64,000 nt of DNA from Tubulanus polymorphus (GCF_964204645.1 NW_027437453.1:1-64000), one strand, 5' to 3'. Shown: positions 37,518 to 49,683, numbered from the stretch's first letter. The notes: generated by a model not told the origin, from the letters alone. A program made the numbers and translations.

Positions 37518-38599
37518 TTATTCTTTTAATTTTACTAGATAAAATCCATTCATTAAATTTATCATCATATCCTTTATATTTCACCAAAGAATACTTTTTT
37601 CCTTTAAGAGTTTTTGTTTTCAATACTTTTTCTATTTTGTATTCTATTTCATCTGGATTTGGTACTAATGATAATTCTTGTTCATAAAAATAACCTAATA
37701 TTTCTTCATCTTTTAAATCAAACAATTTATAAACAAATGGTTTAGTTAATATTATCTTTTTAATTTTAAATATTTCTTCAGTAAAATTAGGGGTATAACC
37801 TTTATAAAATGTTTTTCGATATTTAGAAATTCTAACATGTTGTCCTATTTTTAATTTAGGTTCTCCAAAATCGTGTGTAACAAATGCGCCATAAAAATTA
37901 TTCCAAACTATTTCTGAATTTTCTTCTTTTCTAGCTTGTATAGGTTTTAATATTTATAGAACTATGTTTAGAATTATTATAACCTTTAACTAAATCATCT
38001 AACACATCGATATATTTATATGTTTCATTAGCGGTGAAATATTTCCACATTCTAGTTTTCAATGTTTTATTAAATCTTTCTATAACAAATGCTTTTTTAT
38101 CTGAATGTGTTGAAAAATATTCTACATCGTTATCAGTTAATAGTTTTTTAAAATGTTTGTTATAAAATTCCTTACCTTCATCAAATTGTATCTTATCTGG
38201 AATAGCTTCTTTAAATATTAATTTGAAAGAATTTGTAACTTCTATACCAGTTTTATTTTTAATCGGGATACTCCATGCGTATCTACTGAATATGTCTATA
38301 ACATTTAGTATCCAAAAATATCCTTTGTTATATTTTTCTAAGTTTTTCATATCAATTAAATCAGCTTGCCATTGTTGGTCAATATATGAAACCATTACTT
38401 TTCTTGTTAAATATTTTTTATCCATCTTTTTATGAATTTGATATGTGGGTTGATTTTGTAACCATGATTTTAATTCACTATATTTTATTTTTTCTTTATC
38501 AGATTTAATTTTATCCCATAATTCCGAAACACTTGAATATGATACTTCACTTTCTGGGTTATAATATAAATCTCTTAAATATTGTTCTTTTTTCATCAT
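37510..38599 (-). pseudogene. RVE (retroviral-type) integrase with C-terminal chromodomain; one frameshift near 37945-37955
   Basis: WQADLIDM, FDEGKEF, IERFNKTLK; the alternative frame continues KPIQA...VRISKY..F.KGYTPNFTEEIF into the chromodomain (LVKYKGYDDKFNEWI). Confidence 0.92.
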
Positions 38600-38602
38600 A
38601 TT

Positions 38603-38998
38603 TTAATCCATTAATAATATTTTAGATTTATTTTCATTTGATTTATGATTTGACTTATTTTCTGGTATAATAGGTTTATCATCATTGGAATCATCTTTAT
38701 CATCAGATTTGAATTTTGATTTATATATTACACCGGATAATATAATAATTGTGATTAACCCAATTGTAATATATAAGTAATTATTTCTTCCACTATTAGA
38801 AGAATTAGATGGATTATTATTTGAATCAATACCACCGTGTGGGTGCTGTACGGCACCATCAGATAATTTCTGTGATTCATTTATATCAGTTAATTTCTTT
38901 TTCTTAGCTTTTTTTAATTCTGATGATCTTTTACCTAATTCTCTTGCCCATTTAATTTGTTTCTCGGATCTAGCCTTTTTCTTAACTCCATCACTCAT
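38603..38998 (-). CDS. 131-aa protein with a basic N-terminus and one TM
   Basis: KKKARSEKQIKWARELGKRS; YLYITIGLITIIILSGVIY. Confidence 0.75.
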   Translation of the reverse strand: MSDGVKKKARSEKQIKWARELGKRSSELKKAKKKKLTDINESQKLSDGAVQHPHGGIDSNNNPSNSSNSGRNNYLYITIGLITIIILSGVIYKSKFKSDDKDDSNDDKPIIPENKSNHKSNENKSKILLMD

Positions 38999-39593
38999 TT
39001 ATTTTAGTTAATTTTTGTTCTGATTCATTTTCTGTTTCGATGTTTTGTTGTAGTACATCTGTTTCGTTCTTACCTGATTTATATTCCATATTCTTGATGT
39101 TCGAAAATGTTATGACGCCAGTAGAAATTAATGTCATAACCGATCCTAATTGGAATGAAGCATAACCGACCCATTTTTGTAATTCAGTCATAACTAAGTA
39201 GTCATTTTTCAAATCATTATATAATTTATTTTCATCATCAATTGGTATTAACTGGTTACATAACTTAGAATAACATTTGACAATACCATCTGAAATAGAA
39301 TCATTTATTCTAGCTAATCTTGACTCTTCATAAATCTTAAAATATTTTATTACTTTTTCTTTGTTCATATTATCTAATTCTTGAAAAGTTATTGTTTTAC
39401 CAATAAACTCTTTAGTTTTTCCACTCGCAATCAATAGTTCTAGATGATGTTTACAATATAAGTAGTATTCATAATCTATATTGTTATTAACTTGAATAGA
39501 ATTAGTTACAACTGTATCTTTATTATCACTTATACCCAAATCATCTAATGTTTTTTCAATATCAATACTATTCTTATTAGATTTCTTTGACAT
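38991..39593 (-). CDS. Hypothetical Polinton protein (200 aa) with a hydrophobic C-terminal segment
   Basis: Intact ORF preceded by T6-N9-TAAATG. Confidence 0.75.
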   Translation of the reverse strand: MSKKSNKNSIDIEKTLDDLGISDNKDTVVTNSIQVNNNIDYEYYLYCKHHLELLIASGKTKEFIGKTITFQELDNMNKEKVIKYFKIYEESRLARINDSISDGIVKCYSKLCNQLIPIDDENKLYNDLKNDYLVMTELQKWVGYASFQLGSVMTLISTGVITFSNIKNMEYKSGKNETDVLQQNIETENESEQKLTKINE

Positions 39594-39896
39594 TTATATT
39601 AGAGGAAAAAAGCAAAAAAAAATATTTTAAGTATTCTTCAAATGATACTAGATAGTTAAAGTTAAAGAACTCTAGTATTGACTACTGATACTAGCTATTT
39701 GAATTTAAAGAATTTCTATTTGAATCTATTCAAAATATAAAGTATTCTTTTTTGAAAAGAAAATATTAAAAATATAATAGAATTCACAAGCTAGTTGAAG
39801 TTATTGTTTTTTAAATATTTTTTATTTAAAATCTATTTGATATCTCACTACTTTTGTTTATCTATTAGGAGCAGTAGTTATAACTGTCCAGATAAG

Positions 39897-40571
39897 TCAT
39901 TTCGGATCCTTGATATCAAATTCCTCAACGTATTGTTCATTCTGTGGGTTACTATTCCACCAATCAATAAATTTCCTTGCTTTATTCAACTGTTCCAAAT
40001 ATAATTGTAAATCTAGTTTATTAGATTTGATTTGATTTTCTTTCTTTTCTAAAGGCCTTAGATTCTTCCAATTCCAAATAAGTTTTTTATTGTATTCATC
40101 ATTCATGTTAAATTTAGATATTGGTAACACGTGATCAATATGGTAATAATCCCCATAATTATCTATATTCATTTTATCATCGAATTGATATATTATCCAT
40201 GATTTGAGAAATTCATCTGAACAACCCAATAAATTAGATAGTGTTTCTGAATGTGTTTCTTTGTTGAATAATTGTGTTAATCTAGACCTTAAGCATTGTT
40301 TCAATCTAAAATTAAGATCTGTTTGATATCTTTCTCTCATATATTCTGTCATATAATCATTATAATGTTCTCTATTATCTTCTCGATATTGTTTGGTGTA
40401 TAGTTTAGTACAAGTTTTACAACAATATTGAAAACCATCTTTGCTAATCTTACGCTTACTAAATTCTGTTAATGATTTATCTAATTCACATTTAGAACAC
40501 TTCTTGTAGTATATGTTTATAACACCAGTGTTATTTGTAATATTGATAATTTGTGGTTCTTCTGGTTCCAT
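39897..40571 (-). CDS. HNH endonuclease with an N-terminal Cys4 zinc finger (type common in large DNA viruses)
   Basis: CSKC...CKTC; YHIDHVLP...NLRPL...EN. Confidence 0.85.
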   Translation of the reverse strand: MEPEEPQIINITNNTGVINIYYKKCSKCELDKSLTEFSKRKISKDGFQYCCKTCTKLYTKQYREDNREHYNDYMTEYMRERYQTDLNFRLKQCLRSRLTQLFNKETHSETLSNLLGCSDEFLKSWIIYQFDDKMNIDNYGDYYHIDHVLPISKFNMNDEYNKKLIWNWKNLRPLEKKENQIKSNKLDLQLYLEQLNKARKFIDWWNSNPQNEQYVEEFDIKDPK

Positions 40572-41686
40572 TTATTATACATATTTTTTCACTAAATTGG
40601 TTAATATTTTAGAATCCTCTTCCATTTCTTCGACCAACGTCATCCTTTTTCATTCTTCGTTGCTTTTGATAAGTTGTTTCGATTCCTTGATATCTAAATA
40701 ATACCACTGGGCAAAACCGCTCTTATAGGAGCGCTTTTGCTTAATGCGCATGCGTTAATCATAATTATATATTCATTCTGTAAATTCTGTAAAATAGAAA
40801 CGACCGACATAAAATATCAAAACGTGTTCGCATTAAGCAAACCGCGCATTCATGCGCGCTTTTGCTTAATGCGCATGCGCTAATCATAATTGAAACGAAT
40901 TATTATTGAAACGACTGAACATAAAAATTCACCAAACAGATTTACACAATACATTATACAATTTGTTCAGTCGTTTCTTCCAATACATCATTTGATTTCT
41001 ATAAATACAATTTATAATTACAAACATTTTTTCAATTGCTGGTAAATATTTAACTACATCAACAAATGTTAAACTTAATCATTGGAGTCTTAATGTTTTT
41101 GAAATTCTTATATAGTTTCTTCGACGATCTTTTGGCGATTCTTGTGTTTCTTGTGCTAATTTCTATTGGTTCGATATCCATTGCTGTTGATTCCTCAGTC
41201 AGAAAGAGTATCTTGAGTTTCTCTATCACTTCTTGATGCGTATGGCGTTTTATTAATCTAAAAGATATTAGCGGTAACTCTAGCTATCTAAAAGATATAC
41301 TAAATACACTTAAATATATCTAAAGGTTTCATATTTAATAGTCTTAATAACTACAACAAACAGTACTTACATTTAGATTTATAATTGTAAACTATAAACT
41401 CCTAATTTCGTTTCGAAAGATAGAATATCCTGAGCACAATATTACAACGTATATCCATTTCCGGGGCGATTTCTAGAATGAACACGTCGTTGATTATGCC
41501 ACGTCATCTAGTTCGGGTTTAGAGTGTTCTACACGTTTCTGATTATGACGCGTCATAATGTCTCGTCGTTATAGTAACAACTGTAACAGCTGTGAATTTA
41601 TAGATTTATTCTATAGCTCTGTATATTGAATGTATATAGGCTAAAATAGAATCATTTTCTAGTATAAACATCATATCCTCAATGTA

Positions 41687-41878
41687 TTATTCATTATTTG
41701 GATCAGTGTTCCATAATTCAATAAATTTCTTTCCTTTTGTTAACTGTTCTGAATATAACTGTAAATATTCTAGTTTCAATTTATTCTCTAAATGTGTTAT
41801 AGTTTTATTGTGTCTTGCTTTTTGAGACTTATCTATATTTATCTTACATGTTGGGCAGTAGTACTTATTTGCTTCCAT
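41687..41878 (-). pseudogene. Chimeric ORF: pPolB N-terminal zinc finger (from the TIR) fused to the tail of an HNH paralog
   Basis: First 38 aa identical to pPolB; LQLYSEQLTKGKKFIELWNTDPNNE resembles LQLYLEQLNKARKFIDWWNSNPQNE. Confidence 0.75.
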
Positions 41879-42228
41879 TTTAATACTATATTTTTTATTA
41901 AAATTGATTTTAGAAGTTCAATGATTTAAATGTTATTCATATATATATGAATATTTTAAGAGTAATAGGGATAATAGGCTTTCAAGCTAAAGGTTGAACG
42001 GGCGGGTGAGTAAAAATGAAAAACATAAAAATAATAACAATTTCTACTTGAATTAGGAGTGAAACTCATGAAAATGAAAAATAAATTCGAGCGTGTGAGA
42101 ATTTATTTTTCATTTTTATGAGTTTCGCGAGTAATTCAAGTAGAAATTGTTATTATTTTTATGTTTTTCATTTTTTAACGAGCTCGACCGTTCGACCTTT
42201 GGCTTGAAAGCCTATTATCCCTATTAGT
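41765..42228 (-). repeat. Right TIR; contains the terminal hairpin 41961-42228
   Basis: Reverse complement of the left TIR; ends ...CTATTAGT (one mismatch to the expected ...CTATTACT). Confidence 0.95.
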
Positions 42229-45200
42229 GTTGTGTATTTTGTTAGTAGCTGGGTGTGTGCAAAACAAAGCATTCAGGGTCCAAGTTCAAATTCTGTCAAA
42301 GAAATGATTTTATTTCTTTAGTTTGGTTTGCTTCTTTATTAACGAAATTAATTGAATATCCGTTTGGTTGAATGACAGGACTTCATTTCATCTGATCTCT
42401 ATTCTTGTGTAGGCCTATAGGCAATAACGAGCGTCAGGAAATAAACAGTCAATCTTTACTACAATGCTGCATCAGTGCTTTGACTTATATTATAAATCTC
42501 CAGCAATAATTTATCATATGTATATGGAGATGATGATGCCCGCACAAATACCCGTGCCTAAATCCGTATTATCGGGGTACTAAATGGTCTGATCGCTTTT
42601 GTTTTATATGGCGAATTAATCGAATTCAATCGAAAAACATACCCCAAGCAATATTGTTTCTGAAGTATACTTCAGAAACAATATTCTTTATTATTCTCAA
42701 TTATCATTTGATCACTGTCACCTAAAGTTGATAAACAAGGTTATGAAATTGTAATTCTGATCGTAGTATTTAATTCGACGTAAGGATTGCATACTGCAGA
42801 GATTGGGAAACAGTGGAAACATGCAATATTTTAGAAACCCGTGGATAATATTTTTTACAACGGTGTTGAGGAATATATATATGTAAAATCATTGAATTTA
42901 GGTTAAATAGACATTATTCATTTTCACGTGACCTTTATTAGCCAATTGTCTTATTCTATGGGCTGAGGTTCGAATCTAATCAACAACTCGTACTCCTAGA
43001 ATCAAAATATCCTCAAGTTATCATTCCTTAAAATGATTCGTGTGCTTCGCTAGCGTTCGCAGTACACTTTGAAGGGATTACTGTCGATCATCTAGTGCTC
43101 AGTAGAAATAGTAACATCGATAAATGTTTTTCTTAATCAAGATGAGAATCATCGATTAACATGTTATGAAATTCAATTTGGAAGGGCTAGATTTTTATGT
43201 GGCGGATTATTACCCGTTACCCGGATAGACTCACGCTTATAAATCAACAACCGTATTAATGCGTTAACTTACTTGATAAATACATATTCAAATAATATCA
43301 GATTGCATAGACCTGCAATGGGCTCGATAACTAAATTATGTCTATTAATGTATATCGTGTATTATTAATCTATAAATACAATCTTCGAAATTGAAGGTAC
43401 AGTATTTGCCTAAAGATGTTCATTGCACATTTTAGATATCATCGTTTTTGATAGTGTGGTTTTTTCTATTTTCTCGAAAGACATGAAACAAAATGTAGAG
43501 ATGTATTCGGATTTTTGTAGGTCCATTTTAATTGCAAAGCAGAGTACTGGATATTGGATCCCGTTGACTATTGACCTCCTCAGTTGTTTTTGTTATAGCG
43601 AGCCCATGGTGCAACTATGGCGATATCCTCTTGTTTGTGTATAAGGTAAAAGGCTTCAAATAGAAATGGCACAATTTATTTTGGGATGGATTAGAACTAA
43701 GTATTCTTGAGAGCACTTGAGAGCGGCTGAACGAGCAACCCTATTAGTTTATACAGTGAGACCATCACCTAAACTGTCTCCTATGCGATCTTTCTGTAGG
43801 TTCATTGGCATAGATTTATCAAATACTGGTTGGACCACATGAAAAAATAATTTCTTTACTAGAATTTAGGGTGTAGGAGTCAGCACTCACACCCTATTTT
43901 TCATAGACTAGTTTTCATTACCGATACCTTTAATCTGTGTCGCATTAGACTGATCGATTTCACTATTATCTTAACCGTAGCGTGCCTATATAGTCTATGT
44001 GTTAATATTAACTTTCGGACTATTAATTCATTGAAAACGAGAGCAGAAAAAACACAGTCAATATGGCTCAGTTATTTCAGAATTTCAAAGTAGGCCTATA
44101 TATAATTATATAATGCCGACACTAAAAGCCCCAGATCGTTGCTTGCTGGTGCAGGTTGAATGGAATTATTTACTGAACTGGAATTTCCTAACTGGATGTT
44201 TTATATAAACTGAAATTTCAGTGAATCTGCGATAATCCATACATAGAATATTCGTTACCCCGAATTTTGACTTCAAAATCCGAGCCCGTAATTCAGTCCC
44301 GGCAGGAGTGGTGGGTTAGTAGGGACACACCAAATAAATAAGAGATAAGCTCTGAATAATGTTGAAGGTATTAAAATGATAACAAGATGACGACAGCGAT
44401 TCCGATCTCAAAAGCCTATTTCAGGACTTTGAAACCCGTGAGGTTTGTTCCTATACCATATGCGTTGCCCGATTATGAGACAGATATCAGAAGATATTAA
44501 ATGAGGACTTATGAATCAGGCATTAAAATCCATTTTTTTCAAATACTATAAAGTTAATTCTTCAACTGGAGGTAACTCAACTGTTCAAAGACTGTTCTGA
44601 CAAAAATTGTTCTGCTGGTACAAGTACATTTATTCATGTTCACGGTCAACGTCAATAGAACAAATAGCTCACTAATATCACTGCATCGTGTCAATGTGAA
44701 ATGTTTCACATATTATTTGATATATTTTCATGATATAGAATATCCATTCTATTTGTTTTGTTGTATGAAACCGGAACGTTCAATCATAAGTCCAATCTAA
44801 TTGGCTCATACTCATAACAATGATAATCATATCTAATTTAACTCATTGTGATCGAAACTCACTGAACATAGGCCTATTATTTAGATAAAACGAAACTTGC
44901 TTAAACTAGTGGATTAACATAGTGGATTTTCCATCTGAGTTCTATAAGGGTTTCTATTTTCAAGAAAATGAACAATTGAATCAAACGACCAATTGTAATT
45001 ACTATACGAAAATTAAAATATCATTTGGTTTAATCTGATCACACCATTCTCGCATCAGAATTACCACGAGCACCGGCTAAAACTATTAATCTAAATGTGA
45101 TATTTCTTAGTGATGACACAACTATTTCGAATCAGTTGCAATGCCGCCTACTACTGGCCTGATAATTCACATTATTTTGTAAATAACTTTCACATGGTTC

Positions 45201-45508
45201 GCTCTTTCTTCGAGACCATGCATTTGACCGCTGTAAAGACTTTCTTTGTAGGCCTATACTAGAGCATTTTATTTATAATTCCGTAACATTAGGACATAAA
45301 GCTATATAGACCGATAGCGACCAGGCCATTCCGTCTACCCGATAATACCTATTGCACATGGACACTTAAACGAACTTCAATAATACACGCACTATACATC
45401 ACTGCTGGATATTAAGAACACTTAAAAGTCAGTGTATACATTGAACATTCTCAGATTCGTGATTATTTGCTACTTATGTCCTTTCTAGCTATTACATGGG
45501 CATATACA

Positions 45509-46356
45509 AATCATCTTTGTTATCGATTGAAGGTGATATGGGATGGCTACCGGTATTTATTAGGCATCGTATTGAGGTTTTGCGCCTATGGTTTCGTCTT
45601 TGTAATATGCCAGATACTAGATTAACCAAACATTTGTTTCTCTATGATGATGAACAGGCCTTTATTGGCAAAGCTAATTGGTGTTCATTCGTCAAGTCAG
45701 TTCTAACTGAATGTAATATGGAATATTTTTATGAGAACATCTATTCTAAATACCCATCAAATCAAAAAGGTTTTGAATGATATTAGAATAATTTTATATA
45801 GAAACTATGCAATAACGTGGTCAAGAAATGTTCCTCTGCAATCAAAACTCCGTACTTATACCGTACTTAAGCCAAAATTTGGAACAGAAGACTATGTCAA
45901 ATTACACACATCACGTTCAAACCGCTCCACAATAGCAAGGTTAAGAAATGGTACTTTCCCCTTGAACATAGAACTAGGTCGCTACCGTAATTTGCCAATT
46001 GAACAATATGTGTTGCATGTACAGCGAATGAAGTTGAAACAGAGGAACATTTCTTGTGCACTTGCTACAAATACGTTGATCTACGTAATGACCTCTTTTC
46101 TAAGATCAATGGTATCCTAGAACTAGATATCAATCTTTTGTCTAATGCCGTAAAAACTAAAATTCTACTAAGTAATAGTCGTATCGTAAGTGTTTGCGGA
46201 TTCATATCAGCCGCAATGAAACTTCGAAATTCTAAATTCTTTATTCTTAATCCAATGTCACATGTTTGTTGTACTTGTAAATGTCAATGTGTCTTGTAAG
46301 CCTTATTATAGGCTGGCTTGTTTATCGAGATGACACGTTAATAAATATATATATTT
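45509..46356 (+). mobile_element. 5'-truncated non-LTR retrotransposon (RTE-X-like C-terminus) with 7-bp TSD ATATACA
   Basis: GDMGWLP..LRLWFRL..TRLTK, ARLRNG..PLNIELGRY, ETEEHFL.C; AATAAA plus TA tail; the empty site is visible in the paralogous copy at 58330-58345. Confidence 0.85.
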
Positions 46357-48641
46357 ATATACACTAATACAGATAAAAGAGCTGACATTCTATCTTTAAT
46401 TAGTATTCAATCACCATCACTCTCATATAGCAATAGATCCGCTCGCGTATTGTGAATCACTTTGAAAATAACCCGACAGTGGAAAAAGTATAATACACTG
46501 TGTCATAAAAGATCCAGTTGCGAGACGATACTGCGATTCAGCTAAACAACTTTTCCATCAACCCGTTAATAGAAATAAAAGCAAAAGTACATTTAGAATA
46601 TATCAAAAACATCTGAATGTTTTGCTTTGCATGCTAGTAACAAAATAGATAACTGATTAGTGTTGAACCAGTTCCTTTAGGAATAAAATGAAAAGCTTAT
46701 TTTGTGGTAGTAGTTCATGTCACGTAAATTCTGTTATGGCTTGTTTAACTGAAAACTTTAATAATATCTATAATGCTGGGTATATATATATACACGTACG
46801 TGGGTAAGATGATAATTGTTCCGTATAATTTCCTACCGGTAAACTTTTATTCATTTATCAAAAGTTTTATTAATTCAATTTCGTGGGCGATTCCTTGGCG
46901 GGTTTTGAATATTAACGTCGTGTCAAAATGAGGTCCGCAAATTATTTGAGTAATTGAGTCTATTGGGTCATGGTGGAGATGGGAAATTATCGAAGGCTGG
47001 GATTCCGACATTCCATGTCAAAATGAGTTCCCGGAACTCACTGTTGCTGGGTTTTTGGAAACGCTCGCCATCGAGGATGGGAATTTGATTATACTGGTGT
47101 CCGTTTTGTGCAAATCAATGACATAATAACCCAACATCGCCTATTCTAAGCCGGCTTGAAAATGAGGTTAAGTGGTTCCCGTGGCTTCAATTCAAAGAAA
47201 ACAGGTTTTCATCTACTTCAAAATTAAGCCGAAAACAGGGAAATTAACTGTATTTTCCTTATTTGTCGCATACACCCTTTGAAACGTTACTGAAAAAAAT
47301 TCAATTTATTACTGATACCACTTTTCAGAGGTTGGCAGCCCTGCGTATACATACATTGGATTCAGAAGACGCTCATTTCTTTTGACATGTAACACTATTA
47401 TTGGGCACTTGATTATGTAACTGTAATTGAATATACTATAAATTGCATTAAGGGAAAAATGAGGTTTATTCAATTAACATTCGATTCGTGTAACATGAGT
47501 GGATGGTTTTTCGAGCATGTGCATGCATTGTAAATTTGAATTATGAAACACAATAAAAACCACCAACAAATTGATTGATATTTCGATTTTGTCTTGAAAC
47601 ATTTTGGTTATCGTTGGCCGGATGGATTTCCTCATTTTTCAGTCGGTGACTTTCGGTGGTCGCGGTAGTTTACAAAGAAAAAGACGATCAAGCCGCTTTT
47701 TGAAAAATTATTCAGCTGTTCCAAACTGGATTCACAAGTTCCGACAAGCAGAAAGTACATGCTTCACAAAGATAGCAGTACCTAGTGTATTATATAGAAA
47801 TATCCCCAAAAAGCATATTCTAGATGATGAAACCCTAGTTCGAACTTTGGAATGCCGGTATCGAGCAGAAATATTGTTATGATAAACATTTTGGCGTTTG
47901 ATGATGTCTAAATTATGGAGGCAGCAATCTTACATCACAATTTCTGTTCCTTTATCTCATTTCCGCAGTCCTTCCAAGATTGTATCTGAACAATACTCCA
48001 ATAAAAGGAATAAATTCAAAATGCTTAAGTGATTAGGAAAAAAGGCCTATACACTGAAATGAACCGTGTTAGATTCACATGCGAGTCACATTCTCACCAG
48101 CCGGGAGAAAAAAGAGGTTAAACAAAGCAGCACAATAAATCGAACCCATGATAATTTAGTTGGCGATGCTTTAGTCGAAAGTAACTTGAATTTCACAATC
48201 GGAATCAGATTTGAATAAAGGTTAATTAAGTTTTATTAGTCGCCAAGTATACCTTGCGACTTAATATGTGTAAGATGAAATCGGTGTGACCTAATTTCAC
48301 TGTGCATAGTACATCTAGAAAATGGGATTCTTGTTTATCGCCCTGTCGCTCGGTGTTGTGAACTGTCAAGTTTGATTAATTCGTAATTAGTGCACGGGCA
48401 AGACTAGTGTGGCAGGGTTTCTCAGCCGCGGCTGAGTCGTATACCGATGCCATCAGGTTCGAATCGAGGTTCGAGATTCGAATCAGGTTCGCCGAGGGAT
48501 AATGACATGAGGCATTTTTGAGACATATGTGGTTTAAGTCGGCCAGCCCCGTCGTTTTGTGGAGCCCACATCGCCCTGAACCTTCAATTTGAACACCCGT
48601 TACAACATACAACATGTCCTGTCCAATTAGAAAATGGGATT

Positions 48642-49605
48642 GAGTAGAAATTTCGGCGCTAGTCCAGTATACGACATTATAGTGCGTGTGTAGAGTTACA
48701 CAGCGTTCTTCGGTCAGTGTTAACAGCGTTTGACAGTTGACAGTTGACAGTTAGAGTAAACGACGAGACGAGCTGGCAACCTGTCAACCATGACTGCAGT
48801 GTGGCTTTTATTTCATCTGCCTTTTGCTGATATTTTTCTTCATTATAGATTGTCATTGTTTATCATATATGCATTGTGTAAGAATCATAAGGTTGCGGAT
48901 GACATAGGCCTATATATGTTTAATATTTCGAAAATACCAAAAAAGGTACATGAATAAAATTGCAAATCTATTTCCGGGGCACATTCGCATATACTTTAGC
49001 AATTTCACTGTCAAAACAGGCAAGTTCATGCGTGAATAAGCGTCCCCATATTTACCTATTTAAGTTCATGCTGCATTGAGCGTTACGTTATTTTGGTATA
49101 AAAACGAAATATCAACAACCAATCTGTCAGCACAGATAGCAGCTGATTCAAGCATGAAGCGTGTAGGGTGTCATCTGTCAACCGTCCTGTGGGGTCGTCA
49201 CCTAACTGGTGTGTTGGGTGTCCACCTGTCAACCTTCCTGTGGAGTCGTCACCTAACTGGTGTGTAGGGTGTCATCTGTCTACCGTCCTGTGGAGTCGTC
49301 ACCTAACTGGTGTGTAGGGTGTCATCTGTCAACCGTCCTGTGGAGTCGTCACCTAACTGGTGTGTTGGGTGTCACCTGTAAACCGTCATTTAGAGTCATC
49401 GCCCTAGTATGTAAGGTGTCGCGTGCCATCAGCTGTAGAATATGGATCCCAATCAAGGAATCTATTTTCATGAAACTTCTTTTAGTTCCATATTACTACG
49501 CTTTCATATTTCAGCTTGCGCATTAATTCCCCGATTTACTCCAAAAGTATCTCTACACGTTGCACTATAATGTCGTATATCGGACTTGGGCAGAAATTTC
49601 TTCTC
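48642..49605. mobile_element. Non-autonomous DNA transposon with ~50-bp imperfect TIRs, containing a minisatellite
   Basis: GAGTAGAAATTTC..ATACGACATTATAGTGC..GTGTAGAG versus its inverted copy at 49551-49605. Confidence 0.65.
49161..49420. repeat. 50-bp tandem repeat, 4 copies plus a diverged fifth
   Basis: GTGTAGGGTGTCATCTGTCAACCGTCCTGTGGAGTCGTCACCTAACTGGT units. Confidence 0.9.
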
Positions 49606-49683
49606 CCCGTCGCGCTTTGAGAAAATTTCGCTGTTATTTGAGAGAGGAAAAAGATTTCAGTGAGACTTTTAGAGTTAAGTTTT

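Larger units (their letters stand above)
24088..42228 (+). mobile_element. Full-length Polinton/Maverick (adintovirus-like) endogenous virus
   Basis: TSD GTTGTG at 24082-24087 and 42229-42234; AGT terminus; ~463-bp TIRs; pPolB, RVE integrase, ATPase, MCP, penton. Confidence 0.97.
23318..47281. mobile_element. Non-autonomous long-TIR (MULE-like) DNA transposon hosting the Polinton and a LINE
   Basis: ~300-bp near-identical inverted repeats at 23320-23618 and 46981-47279 (AAGGGTGTATGCGACAAATAAGG...), with weaker similarity continuing inward. Confidence 0.75.

Noticed and set aside
42260-42300. tRNA-derived SINE (B-box-like GTTCAAATTC)
   Set aside because: Too degenerate; no A-box or cloverleaf
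49161-49420. CRISPR-like array and small ORFs
   Set aside because: Contiguous 50-bp tandem units, no spacers, no cas genes, eukaryotic context
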